From the NCBI GenBank assembly GCA_951406725.2, contig OX597826.1:3596001-3660000 (forward strand): a stretch of DNA of 64,000 bases, given 5' to 3'. The notes under the pieces were generated by a model. That model saw only the letters and a list, made by a program, of their open reading frames with translations, did no database searches and was not told the origin of the DNA. Shown here piece by piece: positions 57,336 to 64,000 of the stretch (its first letter is position 1; every line of letters starts with the position of its first letter). The position numbers were made by a program, and so were the translations under genes. Source of the DNA: Octopus vulgaris (lineage: Eukaryota).

Positions 57336-57936
57336 GCTTTAATTTATATATTTATACGTTGTTTGTTTACTTCCATCGTAAGTTGAATTTAAGGTTAGCG
57401 TCTTATAGGTCTAGATTTATAAATACTAAAATTGCAGAACAATGCGTTGCTGGGCAGTTTAGCTTAAGGGTTAAGGCACTAGATGCGTAGGGGTGTGAGT
57501 TCGAAACTAATGACTGACCAGTAACGATTTTTTTCTGCAATATATTGAGAGTTTATCCTGCTAATGTTCATGCGCTTGAGAATAAATTATTTCTGTATCT
57601 TTCAAAACATCTCAACGCTTCTAAAGTAAACTTTTTTGCTTACTCTCATCGTAAGTTGAATTTAACATATACGTATATACACATACATGTATGTATATAT
57701 ATATGTGTAAGTAGTGTTAGAGATTGGAGTAACCGTCTAAGGGATAAGGATATCCGTTATTACTACCGGTGTAAATTATCTATTTTAACCCTAGGCATGG
57801 ATATGCAAGCATTCTATGCTCATAGGATACAAGCAATAACAGATTAAACGAGTGTTTATCAAGAATCAAATTAAAATGAGCAGAAAATGCTCAACAAACA
57901 AGTTGATTACCCTCGGTTAAATGCTTTTTAATACAA

Positions 57937-58007
<71 letters not shown>

Positions 58008-58312
58008 TGTGTGTGTGTGTGTGTGTACATATAACTTTTCCAACAGGTAGATATGTATATATCTTTGCAACAGGTATTTCATGCAAGCGAAGGTGTGATC
58101 GCCATAAGCTCTGTCACGTGTATGAAGGTGTACCTGATTAAGACCCCAACATCAAACAACACTAAAATACTGTCGATTTGTACAATTGACGCATCGATGC
58201 GACAATTATACAAAGGCAAAGATAGAGTATATATTTGCCTTTTACATCAGATTACAAAGTTTCTATAAAACTTTAACTTAGTCGTAGGTATTTTTGTGTG
58301 TGTTTTTTGTTC

Positions 58313-58364
<52 letters not shown>

Positions 58365-59066
58365 GTATATATATATACATACATACATATATACGCATAT
58401 ATATGTGAGTGCATGTGTTTGTGTGTGAATGTCTTGTAATCCAGTACTTTTAACTACAAACTATATTGAACATGTATTATCCTAAGATTGTTATTCAAAA
58501 TTCAAGTCTTCGAACAAGTTTTTATGCAAGGGAATTTTTTAGGTTTGTTTTCCTTATTTTTCCATTGAATTAAACCCGTATATCAAATCCATAACACGGC
58601 ATCAAATATTTTGTTTATAACGCAAAATACATTATTTTTCCCTCAATAGTGACATATTTTTTTTGCGATATGGAATTGTAATATGTGTTTAGAAATATCT
58701 AAGTAGATTGAAATGAATTATATACAACCCGAGGTGGGATTCTCCCCATGAGGAAATAGAATTTAGTAAAAAAGAGAATAATGAGACGTAGACATTCTTC
58801 TTATACACAAAATAAAAACAGAAAAATATCATGACATCCGAAAGCGTAAAGTGAAATAACATGATACACACAAGAGGAAATATAGTATGAACATAGCATA
58901 CGCTGTTTAACGCTATGTGTATCGATCAACGTCTGAGTAATACGAGATGAACAATGGAGAAAATATATGTTATTACATAGTATTATAGAAAATGAAAGTA
59001 AAGATAGCGAAAATCATGCATTGTATATCTATCTATCAATCTATCTAACTCTATGCATATATATGC

Positions 59067-59140
<74 letters not shown>

Positions 59141-59204
59141 CTTGATAGATAGATAGATTTAGATATATAGATAGATGTAAGTTTATACACGTGCATGTAT
59201 ATAG

Positions 59205-59320
59205 GTGCAGGCGTAGTTGTGTGGTGAGTTGCTTCTTTCCCACCCATAGATTTCCGAGTTCAGCTCCACGGCGTAGCACATTAGTCATTTGTCTACTCTC
59301 ATAACCCTGGACCGGCATTT
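59205..59320 (+). mobile_element. degenerate SINE family A head
   Basis: GCAGGCGTAGTTGTGTGGTGAG..GAGTTCAG.TCCAC. Confidence 0.55.
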
Positions 59321-59619
59321 TTCTGCCGTGCAAGGGACAGCAAACGAAGGTGATTCTTAGGTTTCATTCTTAGGTGATTCTGTGGTCTTCGCGATCCTTG
59401 GATGATATCCCAATAGCTTTTTTTTTTTTATTTTTTGCGAGTATCATTTATCACAATAGCTTTGAGGTGAACTGAGCTTTTTGAGCAAAACTAAATAATC
59501 AAAATCTGCATGGAAGCATCTCGAAAGGCATGTAAATATAATTCATAGGTCAAGCCTTGAACTGCAAATACAACTGAAATGTTATGTTAAGTGTACTATT
59601 TTTTGTAGAATGCTCAACC

Positions 59620-59860
59620 CCCCTTTACGCTAGATCATTCAGCAGATTCTCAAAAATGTACAATCTATCTGTGTTTGTTTCGTAGTCGAGTTGGTTCACC
59701 TCTCTCTCGGTTGACCCTGTAATAGTAGCGATAAATGTGGGTCTCCTGCATAAGCTTGTTAACTTGGGCAGCGGGAAGAAATGCAACGGATGCATCCAAT
59801 TTCTCCACCAATTATTACTGAGAGTGTTTTTGCGAGTAGAATTCTGAGGTACCATCTACG
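59620..59860 (-). pseudogene. decayed hAT transposase C-terminal dimerisation region
   Basis: PKLTSLCRR..FIATITGSTERE.NQL....N..R.....LLNDLA resembles hAT P.L..L.R..LTIP.TSAS.ERSFSKL..IK..LRS.M...RLN.LA. Confidence 0.5.
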
Positions 59861-60347
59861 TTTTCTCCTATAAAGAGCAACCGTTATTTAATTGTCCCGT
59901 TGGTTTCCCAAGCGAGAATCAGACAGACTTGACAGTTGACTCAGCCTAAAGAATCTGCCATGCATTACTTTCCTGCGGCATTCTGACCACATGTCAGCAT
60001 TACATACCATCTAGGTATAACTTCCCTAAACTTTCTGCTTGTAGCAAAGCAGTTGAGACGTATGGGTCTCGCTGCGGTTAGAGATTCACGGCTTAGTGTT
60101 ATCACAGCGTGGATTATTGCAGGAAGCACAATTATTATATAAGCACGATTTTTCCGCGCTAGGATCAATGCTATTCCCTAAATTTCAGGTGGAGCAAAGT
60201 CAGAGTTTGTCAAACGCGTTCTAAATTCCCATCACCAAGAACTGACGGGTAATTCTCGCAGAATAATGTTAAATGCGTAGCATGCATAGATATACACACA
60301 CGCACATATACGAATATGCGTGTAAATACATACATATACATACATAT

Positions 60348-60377
<30 letters not shown>

Positions 60378-60378
<1 letters not shown>

Positions 60379-60587
60379 AAGTTAATCCAAGCAAGAAAAC
60401 ACAAAAAAACACAACAACGCGAGGACGTGGAACAAATATAGTATTACTGGACGCTCAGGAAAGAAGGAAAGAAGAAGGGTGTAACGTTTCGAGCGGAGCT
60501 CTTCGTCGGAAATATAGGAGAAGGAACGATCTAGAGAAGGGAAGAGAGAGGAAAAAAATCGCCAACGGTACACACGAGGTCACATTT
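60378..60587 (-). mobile_element. hammerhead-bearing short element family H1, complete monomer
   Basis: Minus strand attt-CCGACGA-agagctccgctc-GAAA-cGTT-acac at 60479-60513; (TA)n flanks. Confidence 0.75.
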
Positions 60588-60610
60588 TATATATATATAT
60601 ATACATAAAT

Positions 60611-60774
60611 ACACATAGAATTTAGAGGATTGACCCCTAAAAGTGGACAGCTGTCCACTTTTAGTAGTCAATCCTCTAAATTTTGTATGTAAAAAACATT
60701 TTAATCTTCGGTTTTTTAAAATGTACTAGACCATTGGTTTTAATTCATTAATATCAATTTCTACCCTTATTGAA

Positions 60775-60778
<4 letters not shown>
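60611..60778. repeat. asymmetric fold-back element, loopless apex at 60650/60651
   Basis: GAATTTAGAGGATTGAC..CTAAAAGTGGACAG|CTGTCCACTTTTAG..GTCAATCCTCTAAATT, extension to ~60778. Confidence 0.85.
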
Positions 60779-60828
<50 letters not shown>

Positions 60829-61073
60829 ATCTACGTATATGTACGTATGTAAGTGTACATCTGCACATATACTTACAAACACACATACACACACGCACGC
60901 ACACTCATATGGGTGTGCTGGGACACACTCCGAAATTTATATACAGATATAAATATAAATATAGAGAGATATTCATGCCAAAAGACATTGATCATAAAAT
61001 GTCTGCAACATCAATGTTATGTTTACCTTTTCCAGGCATAGGTTTTATTTTGTGATCTTCAAACAACCGACAA

Positions 61074-61135
<62 letters not shown>

Positions 61136-61356
61136 TATATGCATCTATGTGTTTGTGTGTCCATGTATGTGCCTGGTGTGTGCGTGTATGTGTGCATGAG
61201 TGTGTGTTTGAGCATACATGTATGAATGCAAAACGGTTGGGCTGCCTGTGAGCAAGTATTCGTCTTTTGTGTGTGTATATATATATATATATATACATAT
61301 ACATACATACAAATATATATATATGTGTATATATGTATATATATATATACATACGT

Positions 61357-61404
<48 letters not shown>

Positions 61405-62725
61405 GTAAATTCCCTGAATACACAACAGAAGTATTATATATGGCTTTACCACTGGCGGCGAAGATAAATGGATATAACTACTGGCATTTATAATGTCTCT
61501 AATTGAGTCAGGTATCTCATGAAGACAACATATCTTTCAGCAACTTTACTTCGCAGGAACAAATTTTCCACTGGAAAACAAACAAAAAAAGAAAAAAAAT
61601 ATATAAATATAATAGAGAAATATAATATTACGAAGAAAAAAAACATCACTAAATATAATAATTCCTGAAGAAAACTGATGTTAACTTGTGTGTTGGTTAT
61701 AAAGAAACTGTTGGAGGACAGTGGAAGAGGATGATTCATAGGATGACTAAGATATACCATCAATGAGAAATTATATTTTGTGTCTATCCATAAAAAATAT
61801 ATGTATCATTTTTACTGTTGAGCAGAATACCGTATTTTATGGGTCATTACATGCAACATATGATACGTAAAAGGGAAATAATAGGATAACAACACAAACA
61901 AACAATAACCAAAAAAAAAATACAATCTCATGAAACAGCGTTTAAGACAACAGAAATCATGGATATACAGCCTTAACTTTATCCCGAAGTACCATTATTC
62001 ATATTTATGTGTTTGTCATTTGGGGGCAGTACGTCGGACGCGATCGTCCGTGGCAATTTTGTTGTGATCGTCTACAACAAAATAATACGCTATGATATCG
62101 TAAATTAAGCAGTGTCTTCTCTGCATTAAGTCTGTCGATCACAAATACACAATACAGTACAAGATGATTAAATTTGAATTGCTGCAACTGGCGGATGTTT
62201 ACAGCCATATCCAACCAGTAGATATTTTATTTGTCTAACAGAACACATAAAAAAAATGACAGTGGAACTTAGTTATACTACGTAATTTCTTTAGCTAAGA
62301 ACTGCTTAGTTTCTACTTAATTTCCATTCAATTGTCTTTTGAGGAGATATTTTAGAACTCTACTGCAAAAAACTGAATAATTTACGTTTTGAGAAGAGTC
62401 TCTCTTTTTCATACTTTCGTTTTATTATTAGTTTTATATACTATGTTACAAGTGCTATATTTCAAATATGCAGCAACCACATATTTATCTGAAGTTTGGT
62501 TTGAGCAGAGAAGTACTAGTTCTAACCTAGAATATATTAAGTGTTATAAGAGGGAACTTAAGTTCTGAAATATAATCATATTTACATATGAATTCTTATT
62601 CAGTTATTTTCCATTAATTTTATTCCTTTTTTTCCCTCTGTATACAATCAGAGACAGAGAAAGGAATGCACACAAACATACATGTACGTATGTGTGTGAA
62701 TATGTGCAACGTCGACAAAACCAGC

Positions 62726-63140
62726 ACCAAGACCAAATTCAGAACTGATGGGAGACACTACAGTCATCGGATGCTGCAGGCCGAGAGCAAGATGGAAAAA
62801 GAATCAGAACTCGTCTTACTGTTCACAGATGACTGCGATTTCAACGTCGCCAGAAAGGCCCAGATGTAACAGAGTATGAGCTGTTGTATTACAGCCCGCA
62901 TCAACTTTTGCCTTACAATCCATACTCAGAAATCGTAGGACATCACAATCATGCGCCACAGAATCCGTATGCGGAACCAATTATCACTGGCGATGAGAAA
63001 ACCTGAAAGTCGTTCATAGATTCACGTACCTTGGCAGAATATTTATCAGTGCGATGGCTATGGTGTCGGTTTTCTGGAAGGTGCTATTAAGAAAAAAGTT
63101 TGAAAGGAATACACCTGATACTAGAAAGGCAAATTGATGT
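62726..63140 (+). pseudogene. decayed RTE(BovB-like) reverse transcriptase fragment
   Basis: KFRTDGRHYSHRMLQAESK...LLFTDDC...PYAEPIIT...KVVHRFTYLG. Confidence 0.75.
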
Positions 63141-64000
63141 AGTAAGTCCATAATGAGGGATCAGACTAAGGAATACATCTTCCAAATGGATGAGAAACGG
63201 ATACTCGTGTTCTGGAAGCAGGCAGCTAAGAAACCTGCACGTATATACACGTCATGCTTAAATGATGACAAGTGAGTTATTGAGATTAAGATCAATATAA
63301 GAGAATATGATGTGGCAGTGAAGTGTAAGGTTTGCAGCGAATTGTTTCCAAGATATATTTTGATTACTGCAAATGATTTAAATACCAGTAACAAGATTTG
63401 AGAGGATAGAAATGTGTATAAAGGACTTCTTATGAGAATGATTTGATCACTTGCTATGATTTACATGAATTGGGTTCCAAATCTTCAGTTGACTTTTTCA
63501 TCGATGACAGCAGCGTTTAAAATTAGTAATGGTTAGATGCAACATGATGCTATAGAATTGTAGGATGTTAGCGGGCTGCACAATTATGTCCAAGCGAGAA
63601 AACTGTTGAGGTGGTTGTAACCACTTATAAATTGAAAGAGGCATTATTTGCTACGCAGAGATTATTTGCTATGCACGAGCTGGTCTGGGAGAGATACTGA
63701 ACAAACGTATGAGAAAAGAAATCTATCATTTTGAAAAGTAGCAGTTTTACTGAATTACTGCTGACCCTGTTTGCCACGACGAGCTTTAGGGGCAGATGGC
63801 GCTTCTGTAGGAGGTTAAGAGTCCTTGATTTGTAGTGAAATATATAATATCACATCGGGATGGAATTGTATATAAGACGGATAGCCTAAGAGACATTCGC
63901 CAAATTAAGGAGAAAAAACATGGTTTAATGTGGATATAGTAGACGCTTGTGAGAGATATACCAAATCTAAGATCAAAGAATGCATTGTCAACGATTATCC

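Noticed and set aside
57365-57665. ~28-bp direct repeat CATCGTAAGTTGAATTTAA bracketing a tRNA-like head
   Set aside because: Two copies only; no array or LTR features
63150-64000. Further LINE-like coding remnants
   Set aside because: Too decayed to assign

Overview
AT-rich, microsatellite-saturated eukaryotic DNA with no recognisable host gene, probably a large intron or intergenic region. The SINE repertoire suggests an octopod cephalopod (inference). Almost all ORFs in the track are read-throughs of (TA)n, (CA)n, (TAA)n or (GATA)n. Real content: (i) many tRNA-derived SINEs of at least four families; (ii) a young, 5'-truncated CR1-type LINE (50775-52506) whose 3' UTR matches the tail of one of the most abundant SINE families, including a covarying stem-loop; (iii) remnants of Dong/R4, RTE, Tc1, maT, DD41D mariner, hAT, piggyBac and non-autonomous Helitrons; (iv) short elements lodged mostly in (TA)n that carry minimal hammerhead-ribozyme-like cores, either as ~210-bp monomers with fixed ends or as asymmetric fold-back hairpins (Penelope-like/retrozyme-like); (v) locally templated inverted or direct copies of neighbouring DNA inside (TA)n tracts. 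Family assignments come from motif recognition by eye; no database search was run.
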